A DNA stretch of 64,000 nucleotides from assembly GCA_010015585.1 (NCBI GenBank), contig ML975178.1; one strand, written 5' to 3'. The translations under genes were made by a program, and so were the position numbers. Numbering within the stretch: the first letter of the stretch is position 1; the number at the start of each line of letters is the position of its first letter. The notes beneath the pieces are model-generated. The model saw nothing but the letters and a program-made list of their open reading frames with translations. It ran no database searches and had not been told where the DNA came from. This stretch comes from Eremomyces bilateralis CBS 781.70. Taxonomy: Eukaryota. This document shows, in pieces, positions 1-12,300 of this stretch.

Positions 1-171
1 AGATAGTCTACTAAAGGGAGGAGGCGGGATTTTATGTACCCGCAGCCTCAGGGCTACGGGGAAACTTTTGCCCGCGGCAGACCAGATAGAATATCGTGCT
101 CATAGACCCGAAAGGGATCCAGATAGTACGTTAAATTGATTCTTATTATTATTATTAAAATAATATTCAAG

Positions 172-1327
172 ATGAAGTTACGCCCTCGCAAGAAGCCTAT
201 ACCACCGTACGAACCGATCCGGACACCATCGCCGTCCCCAGCTTCGGAAGGTCACGTGCGGTCAACCCCAGAAAGGGAGGAAGTTTCGGGCCCTCCGGAG
301 GCATTGCCCAGAGCTCTCAAATAACGATATTTTCGCAAGATGTGGTGTTCCGCCACGTACAGGATACCGTATCTTAAGAGCTAGGAGTTCTAGGCGAACG
401 AATAAGGCAGGATCGGGGACCGCAAGAGGTCGTCCACGGAGTCTCCTGGTTGAACAGGTCCAGGCCGTTATCCGGTGGCTCGTTGGCCATTACGACCGGC
501 GAATCGAGACATTTGAGGAGATAGCGTGATCTTGGAAGCTCGAATGCCATTGGCAGACCCCCAAATCAGCCCTTGGGCGTGAAGGATTCAAGAAATGCCG
601 TGCCTGTCAAAAACCGTATATCACGGAGGAGAACCGGATCAAGCGCCACCAATTCGCTCAGGGCCATCGCTTCTGGACTCCACTCCGGCGGTAGGTTGTC
701 TTCTCAGATGAGGTCCATTTCCACCTTGGTATGGAGAACTCAAAGTGGGTAATCCGCGGGAAAGAGGAGCGGTATTGCCCTAATTGCATGCAGCACAGGA
801 AAAAAAGACTAAAAAACGTTCTCCACGCCTGGGGTGCCGTAGGGATTGGATATAAGAGCCCCCTCGTATTCTACGAATACCACAAAAAGGAGAAGCCGGG
901 GGGTCGCGAGTCTGGACTTAATATGATCCGTTATCGTGACGAGGTCTTGAGGTCCCATGTCCTCCCCCTTTTCCAACGTTTTAAGAAGGAAAAGAGAGCC
1001 CTCCTCCTCGAGGTTGACAATGATGGATGCCGCGGAACCCGGAGCGAGTCCAATATGATCAGTAAGTTCATGTCAGATTGTGGGATTCCTTGGTATGCGG
1101 ACCCTCCGCAGTCTCCAGACATGTCACCAATTGAGAATGTTTGGAGGATCCTAAAGCAACACCTTAAACAACGTCGAAAGCAGCCCACGACGAAGGAGGA
1201 CCTTAAGGATGCGATCATCGATGAATGGAACAAGATTCCACAGCATGAGATCGATTCCTATATCGAATCTATGCCTGACAGGATGGAGGAGATTGAGGAG
1301 CGATATGGGCTTCAATCACGTTATTAG
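172..1327 (+). mobile_element. Degenerate Tc1/mariner (IS630-Tc1-mariner) DNA transposon; interrupted transposase
   Basis: ORF 731-1327 carries HAWGAVG, EVDNDG and PPQSPDMSPIENVW (DDE motifs). The same frame upstream reads GFKKCRACQKPYITEENRIKRHQFAQGHRFWTPLRR*VVFSDEVHF, with the first catalytic D and an in-frame TAG at 692-694. The N-terminal part from 172 is broken by frameshifts and stops. Element ends are not defined. Confidence 0.88.
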
Positions 1328-1431
1328 GAGCTCGCTGCCTAGAAACCTCGCGATATCACTATTTACATAGAAATCTACAGCCTCAAATTTACGTGTAAAC
1401 GGTCTGGAAAGGGATATTTTGCTATATGAGT

Positions 1432-1472
1432 GGTTTGGTGGTGGGTTTGGTGGTGGGTTTGGTGGTGGTGGG
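1432..1472 (+). repeat. GT-rich tandem repeat, about 3 copies of GGTTTGGTGGTG
   Basis: Read directly from the sequence, ~100 bp downstream of the transposase stop. Confidence 0.8.
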
Positions 1473-2770
1473 TGAGGCACCAAATTTGGCGCTGCCACGA
1501 CTTTCCCATACGCGCCTCGGGCGGACCGGGCATAGTAGGCGGGAATTCTTCGGATAATTGGAATCGGCCAATGAGCGTGCATGGTAGGGCATGCCAGCCA
1601 TTCTGGCGGTTGACATGCCCGTCGTCTCTTTTACTCTTATTTTAACTACGGCTTAGCGTATAGTAGCCGGATTAACCCCAAAAGCTGATAGGTAAAACTT
1701 GATGCCCAGCGTTGATATCTGATATCAAATGTATATAAAATTTCGGGTATAGAGAATATTAGCGGTTAGAAGTCCGCTCATACAAGATGAAGATAGAAAT
1801 CCGTATATGCCTCAGAAAACGTGCAATAGTCTCTCAGACGGCACTGGTGCCCAGTGCCTTTACGGCATATGATTGGTTGAAAATTGGAGGTTGACGCTAA
1901 AGAAATCGCTATGCTATATTGCGTTAGAGAGACTGCTACAGAGACAGGGGTATACCAGTACCCGCCTGAGTCCCAACTGAGATAAGGCAGATAATTATAG
2001 CTTCTTGTGACACTACCGCTTCCTATTACTGTTTTCAGATACACCGAAATACGAGACTTCGACGATTGGACGGCGCAGAACGTCGCTCTCCAATCAATGC
2101 AATGATATAATTTCTCATAAGCGTCTCATCCTCGCCTGCATTTTAGGTTCGAATCTTTCGACTTCTGGCAATTCCAAAGAGAACATGCACCCAGAGAAAA
2201 GTTTAAAGAAAGGCAGGGAAAGAGCCTCCCCAACAGGGCCCGTATCCCTTTCTCCAATATCATCACGGTCAAGCGGAATGACAGACGCATGCAACGAAAA
2301 GACGCGTATTCAATCCTCATACTTCTGCAGCGGTAGAGATGTCGGCGCCAGCGATCACCACGATCCTCCTCTTCTCGCGAAAAGTGGTAGTGAGGTCGCC
2401 AATCCACCATTCCTCCCCGCTTGGAGTCGGCTGCATGCTGATGTCTACGTGAACTGGTCGTTGCGATAGGTTGGAACCGCGGGCAGTGGTCGGTGCCATG
2501 TCCAGCTGCGGGAAATCGGACTCTCAATTCTTTGACAAGGGCTACGATAGAAGACGCGTATTGGCGGATAGAATTAAGAACCTGTATACTTCCTGACAAG
2601 AGGCGATAATACCGATCGACGTCCTCGCAGAACACGCGTGTTGGTGAATGGGTGAAATTGAGAGCGACTTCCGACAGCCTTGCTAATAACAGGCGAGTTG
2701 TTGTTTTATGAGATTCCGGCCCGAAAATACGCGTCGAAGAGTTGTCCTCCTGCTAGGTGGATATGTTGCC

Positions 2771-3889
2771 TCATTCGCTTTTTCCTTCCTGCGACCGTTG
2801 TAACATGTGCAACCGGACGCGCACAGCACCTGGTGTCCGGTTGGGGAACTTTCTAAAGATCCATGGCCATGGCTTCCCGTCGGCCCTGTAAGCCAACAGA
2901 CGCTGCTCCTCCAAAGGCGCCCACCGACGGCGCGTTTCTCCATCCATACCTTGGTCAATGTATTTCTCATTGCTGACATCATCGTCGCTGATGCTACTAT
3001 CGCTCCTGCCCACGCTGCTGTCATCCTCTGAATCGACAGGGTTGGCCATTGGAATGGTGGTCGCGGCGGTAGTATCCCTTCGCGGATTTGGTGTGAACTC
3101 GTGCCGCGTGGTGACGCCGGCATTGATGTAACGACTGCGAAGGAACCCGGTTAGCAGCCATTGGCCTGCTGTAAGCGGTTTGAGCGTCATGTCGTGTATC
3201 TTCGCTGTGTTGCCCAAAATATTCTCTATTAGCTTAAGCAGCGTGCCGCAAGAAATTGCTTGCATATCGCCATCGACCTTCATCGTAGCTGCCAGGAAAG
3301 TGTCCCCCGGCGTTGGACGAAGAGAAATGTCGACCACAGTACTCCTGGCCATGGCGAAGGGTGCACTCTTGTCACTGTCCTGTGGGCCGCTATCGTCTCT
3401 TCTCGGTGCAGAGGAGTCGGGATGCGGACTGCTCAAGAAGCGTGGAATCGGCTGATCTCGAGCGTGCGTGCGAGTGTTCCTCGCAGCATCTGACTGGAAC
3501 GGCCGGTGTCTGCGCTGGATCTTGCCTCGATGCTGTCGCCCTAATGACGGTCTCGGCGACCTTGTTCCGTGGTCATCATCCACGGCGTGCTCTTCGTCCG
3601 TGTCACAGCCACGACTATAGTCAGCAGTGTCTCCCAGCCGGCTATGCTCGTGAATCGGATCGTCGGTCGCGCATCGCTTGTACGCCCTTATTGCATGGGG
3701 AGACGAGGTAGGTCGTGGGATAGTGCTGGTATTCGCCGCTTCTCTCTCATCACCTTCTTGGGGAGATGCCTCCGCATCGACAGAGCCCGGTCGTTCCCTC
3801 CCTACACGATGAAACATGCGTGGATTCTCGCGCCGCCCTGAACAGTCAAGGCCAGGATCGGGGTACTGTCTAACAATTCCTAGCGGCAT
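2771..3889 (-). CDS. Myb/SANT-like DNA-binding domain protein (accessory type)
   Basis: C-terminal RRRWAPLEEQRLLAYRADGKPWPWIFRKFPNRTPGAVRVRLHML has Myb Trp spacing and the FPNRT motif. It is preceded by an acidic S/D linker and a globular block VDISLRPTPG...LKPLTAGQWLLTGFL. The true start and possible upstream exons (to ~4300) are uncertain. Confidence 0.72.
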   Translation of the reverse strand: MPLGIVRQYPDPGLDCSGRRENPRMFHRVGRERPGSVDAEASPQEGDEREAANTSTIPRPTSSPHAIRAYKRCATDDPIHEHSRLGDTADYSRGCDTDEEHAVDDDHGTRSPRPSLGRQHRGKIQRRHRPFQSDAARNTRTHARDQPIPRFLSSPHPDSSAPRRDDSGPQDSDKSAPFAMARSTVVDISLRPTPGDTFLAATMKVDGDMQAISCGTLLKLIENILGNTAKIHDMTLKPLTAGQWLLTGFLRSRYINAGVTTRHEFTPNPRRDTTAATTIPMANPVDSEDDSSVGRSDSSISDDDVSNEKYIDQGMDGETRRRWAPLEEQRLLAYRADGKPWPWIFRKFPNRTPGAVRVRLHMLQRSQEGKSE

Positions 3890-5238
3890 AGATTTCCCTA
3901 GGGCAGCAACTACGTAGTATGCTTGTGATGCTTCATAATTTCATATTTCTAAGCGCCAATACCGTGCCTTTTGGCTAAGTGATTAGCGGGGTTGGTTCTG
4001 ACTAAGCTCTTGCGGCGGTCTTGAGGTTAACAATTCGGTTTCCATAGACTCTTTGAGGCGACCCAATCGTGTTGTTGGAATAGCCATGTCTAACTGGAGC
4101 GCGCTGATCTTGCCCATAGTGGCGCTCTGCGCAGGTAAGAATTGAGGGGAGGGTTGAGACGACGAAGTGGACTGAGCGGACTGTGGGGACTCGGAGGACT
4201 GAGACAGAGCAATGTGACTATCGTCATGCAGCGAACCTATAAAGCTAGCAGTGGGTATCAAAACCACAGGGAAATAAACATGTACGGGTTGTAGTATGGA
4301 ATGGACCTAGATGGGATTTGAGTCCATCCGTGGATTCTGAAAAAGTATTTTCTTACTCCAAAAAATTGCCCTGATCTCAGATCTGGCTCCTCAAGATTTT
4401 GAATTCAAGACCTCAGATTTCCGAGATGCTTGATGCTGGATCGATCCGCAAAAGCCTTATGAAAGGTTGGGATTTGTCCGAAGGTTCGTAGACTAGGCTT
4501 TGGTTCGTGCGCGTACTGCTGCTGGCGGGATCTATGGAATCAGCCATGGTTCTGATATCCCGTTGTATTGACTGGTGTCGCGGCTGTTCAGATCGTGTTC
4601 AGATCGTACTGGTATAGGATGGTGAAACAAGATGAAAAGAATCAAAACTGCGAAGACAACCAGGCTCCTGGAATTCATAAGGCTCAACATCACGATTTCT
4701 GCCTTTCGACCTCAGCCCCAGATATCGTGGCCGAGTATCTAAAAGGATTCGTTCGTGATGCAGGAGCATGTCTCCAGAACTTCCATATGGAAGGATATTA
4801 GGACTTAAACGACATTGACACGGACTCAGTACTAATGTTCAGACATATAAGGACTCGAAGTATATGCTGGGTTATGGATAGGTTCGCCTTCGGGTACTTT
4901 TGTCCCCACGATGTGGCCATACTCTCTTGATTGTCTGAGAGAAAGCAAGGGATCGAGATACAGTTCATGATAAACCAGCCTTCTAATCTAACTACTCTAC
5001 CTTGTAAGTCGCCGAACGTGATGTGATGCTGAGCTTGAACTGTGATCTCCGCCATTAGCAATTCAGGATCGATGTCGTTGTTCAGCCGTCTCCACAGAAA
5101 AAGTTCCCCCCTGCCCACGCCAGCTCGGACAACCTCTCAACAAGAATCTCCAATTCCGCTCCGTACTCCGACTTTGCTCCCATTATTCCCTTCCCATACT
5201 CTCTCTGCATCCTTCAGGCCTGCGAGATCCCTCGAAAG

Positions 5239-6769
5239 ATGCTGTCAAGGGCAATCAGGCGAAGTTCGCCGTTCGCGGCTCAAATCCGCCGCAATGCGGC
5301 TATGCCGTTGACGCGGAGAGCCGTCACCACCGATGCGGCGTCGTCCCACGCGGATCGAGAGAGCGTGCCATCGGTATGTTGTGGGAGACAGTCGTGGAGA
5401 GCGGACGATGTGCTGATTCTACTATCATAGGCGGATGAAGAACCCTTCGAGGTCCGGTTGTCCGATGAGAGCTTCGAAACGTATGAGCTTGATCCGCCAC
5501 CCTACACCCTGAAAACCACCAAGAAGGAATTGAAGCAGATATACTGGGACATGGTAGCCGTCCGGTAAGCATATACCATCTGTTCTTTCTCCTACCCATC
5601 CCACTCCGACGATCTCTAGCGAAAAATCAGAGAGCTAATCCCCAACCCCAATACAGCCGTATGGAAATGGCCGCCGACCGCCTCTACAAGGAGAAGAAAA
5701 TCCGCGGCTTCTGCCATCTCTCCACCGGCCAAGAAGCCGTCGCCGTCGGAATCGAGCACGCTATCGATAAATCCGACCACCTCATCACTGCCTACCGTTG
5801 CCACGGCTTCGCCATGATGCGCGGCGGCACGGTCAAGTCGATCATCGGCGAGCTGCTCGGACGCCGGGAAGGAATCGCGTACGGGAAGGGCGGGTCGATG
5901 CACATGTTCGCGAAGGGGTTCTACGGCGGGAATGGAATCGTCGGAGCGCAGGTGCCGGTGGGTGCGGGCATTGCGTTCGCGGAGAAGTATGCGGGGAAGA
6001 ACACCGTGACGCTGGCGCTGTATGGCGATGGAGCGTCGAATCAGGGGCAAGTGTTCGAGTCGTTCAACATGGCGAAGCTGTGGAACCTGCCGGTGATCTT
6101 CGGCTGCGAAAGTGAGGATCCATTCGTCCATGGCATGCGGACCGGAGGCTGACGTTTGCAGATAACAAATACGGGATGGGTACGTCGGCGAACCGCTCGT
6201 CCGCCATGACCGACTATTACAAGCGCGGACAATACATTCCGGGTCTGAAAATCAACGGCATGGACGTCCTCTCCGTCAAGGCCGCCGTGGAGTACGGGAA
6301 GCGCTACGTCCAGGAAGGAAAGGGCCCTCTGGTCTTCGAATACGTGACCTACCGCTACGGCGGCCACTCCATGAGCGATCCCGGCACCACCTACCGCGTA
6401 AGTCCCATCCATTTCTCCACGTGAATCCAACCCAACAATCCTAACCCCCTCCAGACCCGCGAAGAAATCCAACGCATGCGCTCCACCAACGACCCCATCT
6501 CCGGCCTCAAATCCAAGCTCCTGGACTGGGGCATCACGACGGAAGCCGAGCTGAAGGAGATCGACAAGGAGGCGCGCAGCTTCGTGGACGCAGAGGTGGC
6601 CGAGGCCGAGAAGATGGAGGCGCCGGAGCCGACGGCGCAGATCTTGTTCGAGGATGCGTACGTGCGAGGAAGCGAGCCGCAATTCTTGCGCGGGCGGATC
6701 CCCGAGGAGAACTTCTATTATGAGCAGGCGGATATGGGGAAGGAGAAGCCGGCGGTGGCGAGGACTTGA
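5239..6769 (+). CDS. PDA1: Pyruvate dehydrogenase E1 alpha subunit, mitochondrial (multi-exon)
   Basis: Arg-rich presequence [26 protein letters not shown]-binding [10 protein letters not shown]; phospho-loop [10 protein letters not shown]; four GT-AG introns join the ORF pieces. Confidence 0.97.
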
Positions 6770-7313
6770 GCGGGGAGGAGAGGAGAGGAGGTTTGGTGAT
6801 GGAGCCTGGGTCTCGTCCCGGGTTGACAACGTATCCTAATTACCGGAGAATGGTCTTACTAGGTCTTTGGTGTGACCCTTTCTTTGAGCGGTGTATTGTA
6901 CAATTGGACGTAGGTGGGAAAGGAAAGCAAAGGCGCAATGTATTTAAAAATTGAACACTGTCCACCAAAAATATCTGTCCTTTGCCATTATTGAAGGCAC
7001 CAAACACCTACGATGGTATCATCACTATGCAATTAATCTCCACATCCTATTTATTCATCATTTGTGGCTTTCGCCTTGAAGAGAGCCAACTCTCCACTCA
7101 TCCGTCCATTTGGTCCTAAAGGAATGTTCACAAACACTATCTAACTGTGCCCAGTAATCAAAGGTGTAGGCACCGCTAGCGAAAGGTTGCGAAAATCTCT
7201 CTCGGCATCTATAAATGACCAAAGAAGCATTTACAAAAGGATAATTTGGTAGTAAGGAGATGCCTGAAGATTTCTTCTCATCGGAGGAAGAAAAATCATT
7301 GATGTAGTCCTAG

Positions 7314-7321
7314 GTCACGTG
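7314..7321. promoter_or_regulatory. GTCACGTG E-box (Cbf1-like bHLH site) upstream of MRPL17
   Basis: Exact 8-mer ~140 bp upstream of the ATG at 7458; function is inferred. Confidence 0.35.
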
Positions 7322-7457
7322 CCTTCGACGCTAGGCCCAGATGAGACTCCACAGGCCTTCGACGTTGAACTTTGCATAATTTCTCGACCAGGAGAGGAGA
7401 GCTTGGGAAATCAAGCAACCAACTACATTCATTTATCTGTAGACGGAAGGGGATGAG

Positions 7458-8594
7458 ATGAGTGTTGGTCAACGTGTTTCGAGGCAATTGGGCCTCCGAA
7501 GAGGTAAATGCACCCCGAATCGAAGCACCTCAACCATTATCTAACCATCAACAGTGTTCGACGATGGCGTCTGCTCATCGTGTCGTCGGTCCCTAACCCA
7601 ACAACGCAGTGCATCCACCGCGACCGCAACCACCGAATCCCACCCCCCAATCCTCACCACCATGCCACCCGTCACCCAAACCTCCCTCCCCACCGGCTAC
7701 CAACTCCGCGCCTCCGTCGTCCTCTCCCGACCCCCCCAGATCACCCGCGACCTCCACCCCTTCGAGAAGTCCTTCTTCCTCTACCAACGCCGCCTCAACG
7801 AGCGTCTCGTCCTCCCCTTCTCCCGTTACTTCTACTACCGTAAAGGCACTCCCGCCGACCTCGACTGGAAGCGCAAAGTCGCCGCGCGGCTCTCCGCCTC
7901 TCGCGACGTCGGGGCGTATTCCGGGTACGGGGCGAACGCGTGGGCGGACGAGGCGCTGGTCGGCGCACCCGAGAGCGAGCCCGAACATACGGTGCAGAAG
8001 CTGATCGAGGACGCGGAGGTCAGCGCGGTCAAGCCGGAGGAGTTGGGGCATACGGCGCTGTATCGGGAGCCGGTGGAACGGCCGCAGCCGCGGGAGACGC
8101 GGGCGGATCGGGAAGGGGACGAGAGGAGTTTGGATCGGGAGTTGAAGCGGACGTTGTATTTGGTGATGAGGGAGGCGTCGGGGAAATGGGCGTTCCCCGA
8201 GGATTCGTTGGTTGGGACAGAGTCGTTGAGACAGGTATGTTTGGGTGAGAGGATGAAGAAGGGAGTTACTAACGTTGGTTGATAGGCTGCGTTACGCATA
8301 CTTCCTTTGGCGGGTGGGCCGAATATGAATACGTGGGTGGTGGGCAATGCTCCGCTTGGAAAGGCGCAGACGGACTATTCCGCCGAACAATATGTGCAGA
8401 ACACGGCTCGTGCAGTAGAAGAGGTGGGCAAGAAGGTGTTCTTCATGAAGGCTCGCATCATGGCCGGTGAAGTGGATATGGCGCAGAACAAGTTCGGTCA
8501 TCAGGAGTACAAATGGCTGACGAAGGACGAGTTGCAGAAGGTGGTCCATCAGCGGTACTGGAGCAACATCAAGAACTTCCTGCCGGAGTGGTGA
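7458..8594 (+). CDS. MRPL17: Mitochondrial 54S ribosomal protein L17 (mL46)
   Basis: ASVVLSRPPQITRDLHPFEKSFFLYQRRLNERL, RSLDRELKRTLYL, NTWVVGNAP, KVFFMKARI and YKWLTKDEL. Exon 1 (7458-7503) splices in frame across intron 7504-7554; second intron ~8235-8285. Confidence 0.88.
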
Positions 8595-9308
8595 TGTTTT
8601 GCTCAGTGTTAGCCTTATGTATATTACTGTATCACCGAATCTATATACAGCACCATTTCTGTACATTGAAAGTTTGAGGGTTTTCCAAACTACATGCAGA
8701 TCCATCCTGTGCCGGGGTGGACTTAATTAATATTAATACATGTACTCCGTACTTCGCGTCTTTATTCCGTCCCTTCTTAGACGCTAGTGCCAAGAGCGGA
8801 CCCTGACGATGTCAACTGAAACCCCGTCCCAGACACTCGCAGACGTTAGTAACGACGAGCGGCATGCTGTGAAGGACGGATCTCCACCCATTAATCTTAC
8901 TGTACCAAACCTCAAGTCTACACTATCCATCTCCTGCTTACATGTTACGTCTATTGTTCTACCACTCTCTTCCCGCCATGTTCCTGTTGGCTGTTTCTTG
9001 CCAATCCATTCATTTTACGTGTTGAACCATAGCGGGCTTGGCTACGCTCGGGGCTGTGCTGACACCCGACGAAAGAATAGCAACATCCAAAAGCTGCGTC
9101 TCCGAAAAGGGCCAGTTTGAGAATTCCACCGGGAAAAGGATCGTTGTTTTACGAGCAAATATCCCTTCGAAATCCGCGTTGCCATTCTATCCTTCCCGGG
9201 CGCGCAATGCTCATTGAATGCCATTGACGCGGATTCAGGAGGAGCACCGGGATTTGAACCGCATCGACGCCATTCCCCTTCGCCTCCCCTTGACACTTAG
9301 CCTCCGCA

Positions 9309-12300
9309 ATGGCTGGCAGATCAGAACCACCGAATCCACCGCAAAGGCAGCCATCGGACCTCCTAGAATTCGACGATGAGCGACCCATCTACTACTCCGG
9401 CCAGCGGGCGCCGGTCGATGACGAACACATGCTCGAGCGCTACGACATCGACGACTCGGATTGGCAGCAACCCCCCCGGCCTTCTGTATCCTACGATGAA
9501 TTCGTCGGAGGGGCCGGAACGGCGCATCCTGGAGCGGCCGCGAGTAGTCCAGAGTATCCAAGGTATGCCGACTCCGACAACTTCCAGGATGATCGGTCGT
9601 ACCAGGGGTCCTATGCTGCGGGCGGATTCGACGATCGAGGAATGACGAGCCATATCCCACACGCAAAGCCGACCAACCGGAATAGTGTACTGAGTATGGG
9701 CGGTGGGTTTATGGGACGGATGAAAAACCGACTGGGAATGGGGCCACAGTATTCGGAGATGGACCTCCCGTTAACAGAAGCCGGGGCACGGGAATCAAGA
9801 ACGGAAAGCCTGGCTGGGACAACCCCGAAGAAAGAGAAGAGGCATAGGAAGATAAGCAAAAGCACCTTCAAGTTCGGATTGGGCCGGAAAGAAGTCGATC
9901 CATCCACCCTGGGCCCTCGAATCATCCATCTGAACAACCCGCCTGCCAACGCGGGGAACAAATACCTCGATAACCATATCTCGACCGCGAAGTACAACAT
10001 TGTGACCTTCCTCCCGAAGTTCCTGTTCGAACAGTTCTCGAAATACGCGAACTTGTTCTTTTTGTTCACCGCCGCCCTCCAGCAAATCCCGAACCTCTCC
10101 CCGACCAATCGATATAACACCATCGTACCGCTTGCTCTCGTCATCCTCGTTTCCGCGATCAAAGAGCTGGTTGAAGATGCGAGACGGAAGTCGCAGGACA
10201 AATCCTTGAACAGCGCGAAAGCGAGCGTCCTCAAAGGCTCGACCTTTACCGAAGTGACCTGGATCGACGTATCGGTGGGAGATATCGTTCGCGTGCAGTC
10301 CGAGGAGCCGTTCCCAGCCGATATCGTGCTCCTGGCGTCGTCCGAGCCAGAGGGCCTCTGCTATATCGAGACGGCAAACCTGGACGGGGAAACGAATCTC
10401 AAGATCAAGCAATCCATCCCGGAAACCGCAGATTTGGTCAGCCCCGGCGAGTTGAGTCGACTAGGCGGCCGTGTCCGCTCCGAGCAACCGAACAGCAGCC
10501 TGTATACATACGAGGCGACCTTGACCATGCCATCGGGGGGAGGGGAGAAAGAACTTCCTTTGCAGCCCGACCAGCTTCTACTGAGGGGTGCTACATTGCG
10601 AAACACCCCATGGATTCACGGAATCGTAGTGTTTACTGGACACGAAACGAAGTTAATGAGGAACGCAACGGCCACCCCGGTCAAGACGACCGCGATCGCT
10701 CGAGCCGTCAACATCCAAATCCTGATGCTCGTCGGCGTCCTCCTCGGCCTAAGCTTGATCAGCACTATCGGCGACCTCATTGTTCGATCACGGGAGCAGG
10801 ACAAGCTCCGGTATCTCTTCTACGGCGGCACGAGTACTGTCAACCAGTTTTTCTCCGATCTCGTCACGTACTGGATCTTATTCTCCAACCTGGTCCCCCT
10901 GTCGCTGTTTGTGACGCTCGAAATTGTGCAGTACTGCACCGCGTTCCTGATAAGCGGTGATCTGGACATGTACTACGATAAGACGGACACCCCGGCCAAT
11001 TGTCGCACGTCGTCGCTCGTCGAGGAACTGGGTCAAATCGAGTATATCTTCTCGGACAAGACCGGCACGCTGACCCAGAACATTATGGAGTTCCGGCAGT
11101 GCACGATCGGCGGCATTCAATACGGCGACGAAATCCCCGAAGACAAACGCGCGACCATCGAGAACGGCGAGGAGGTGGGCATCCACGACTTCAAGACGCT
11201 CGCGGGGAACCGTGTGAATCACCCAACCGCCAATATCATCGACCAGTTCCTCACCCTGCTGTCGACATGCCACACGGTGATCCCGGAGCGCAACGACGAG
11301 AAAGGCACGATTCGGTACCAGGCTGCGTCGCCCGATGAAGGAGCCCTGGTGGATGGAGCGGTCGAACTCGGCTACCGGTTCATTGCGCGAAAACCGCGGT
11401 CGGTCATCATTGAACATGACGGGCAGGAGGAGGAATACGAGTTGCTCGCAGTCTGCGAGTTCAATTCCACCAGGAAGCGCATGTCCACCATCTTCCGTTG
11501 CCCGGACGGGAAGGTTCGACTGTACTGCAAAGGCGCCGACACCGTCATTCTTGAGCGCCTGCACAAGGACAACCCGTTCGTCGAGACTACGCTACAACAT
11601 CTGGAAGAGTATGCTGTGGATGGCCTTCGTACGCTGTGTCTCGCATACCGGGATATCAGCGACCAGGAGTTCGAAGAATGGTACGAAGTCTACAACACTG
11701 CGGCGACCACCGTCAGCGGTAACCGTGCCGAGGAGCTTGACAAAGCCGCGGAGATCATCGAGCATGATCTTACCCTGCTCGGTGCCACCGCGATCGAGGA
11801 CAAGCTGCAAGACGGCGTGCCTGACACGATCCACACGCTGCAGGAAGCAGGGATCAAAGTGTGGGTGCTGACCGGCGATCGGCAGGAGACAGCTATCAAC
11901 ATCGGGATGAGCTGCAAGCTGATCAGCGAGGACATGACGCTGCTGATCGTGAACGAAGAGAACGCCGAGGGGACGCGAGATAATATCCAGAAGAAACTCA
12001 ACGCGATCAGAAGCCAGAAGGACATTGGCGCGGAACTCGAGACGTTGGCGCTGGTGATTGATGGCAAGTCGTTGACGTATGCGCTCGAGCGAGATACCGA
12101 GAAGATGTTCTTGGACCTAGCCGTCATGTGCAAGGCTGTTATCTGCTGGTAAGTCCATGTCGCTCATCTGCTGACTCTAACAATTGCTAACCTGTTCTAG
12201 TCGTGTCTCCCCCCTCCAGAAAGCTCTCGTCGTCAAGCTCGTCAAGCGCCACCTCAAAGCGATCCTCCTCGCCATCGGCGATGGGGCTAACGACGTCTCC

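Noticed and set aside
33..1537. Possible degenerate terminal inverted repeats of the Tc1 element (33-88 versus reverse complement of ~1481-1537)
   Set aside because: Only patchy similarity that needs several gaps; not enough to define ends without other copies
4585..4606. 11-bp tandem duplication TGTTCAGATCG x2 as an excision footprint
   Set aside because: Two copies only and no other support; could be simple slippage
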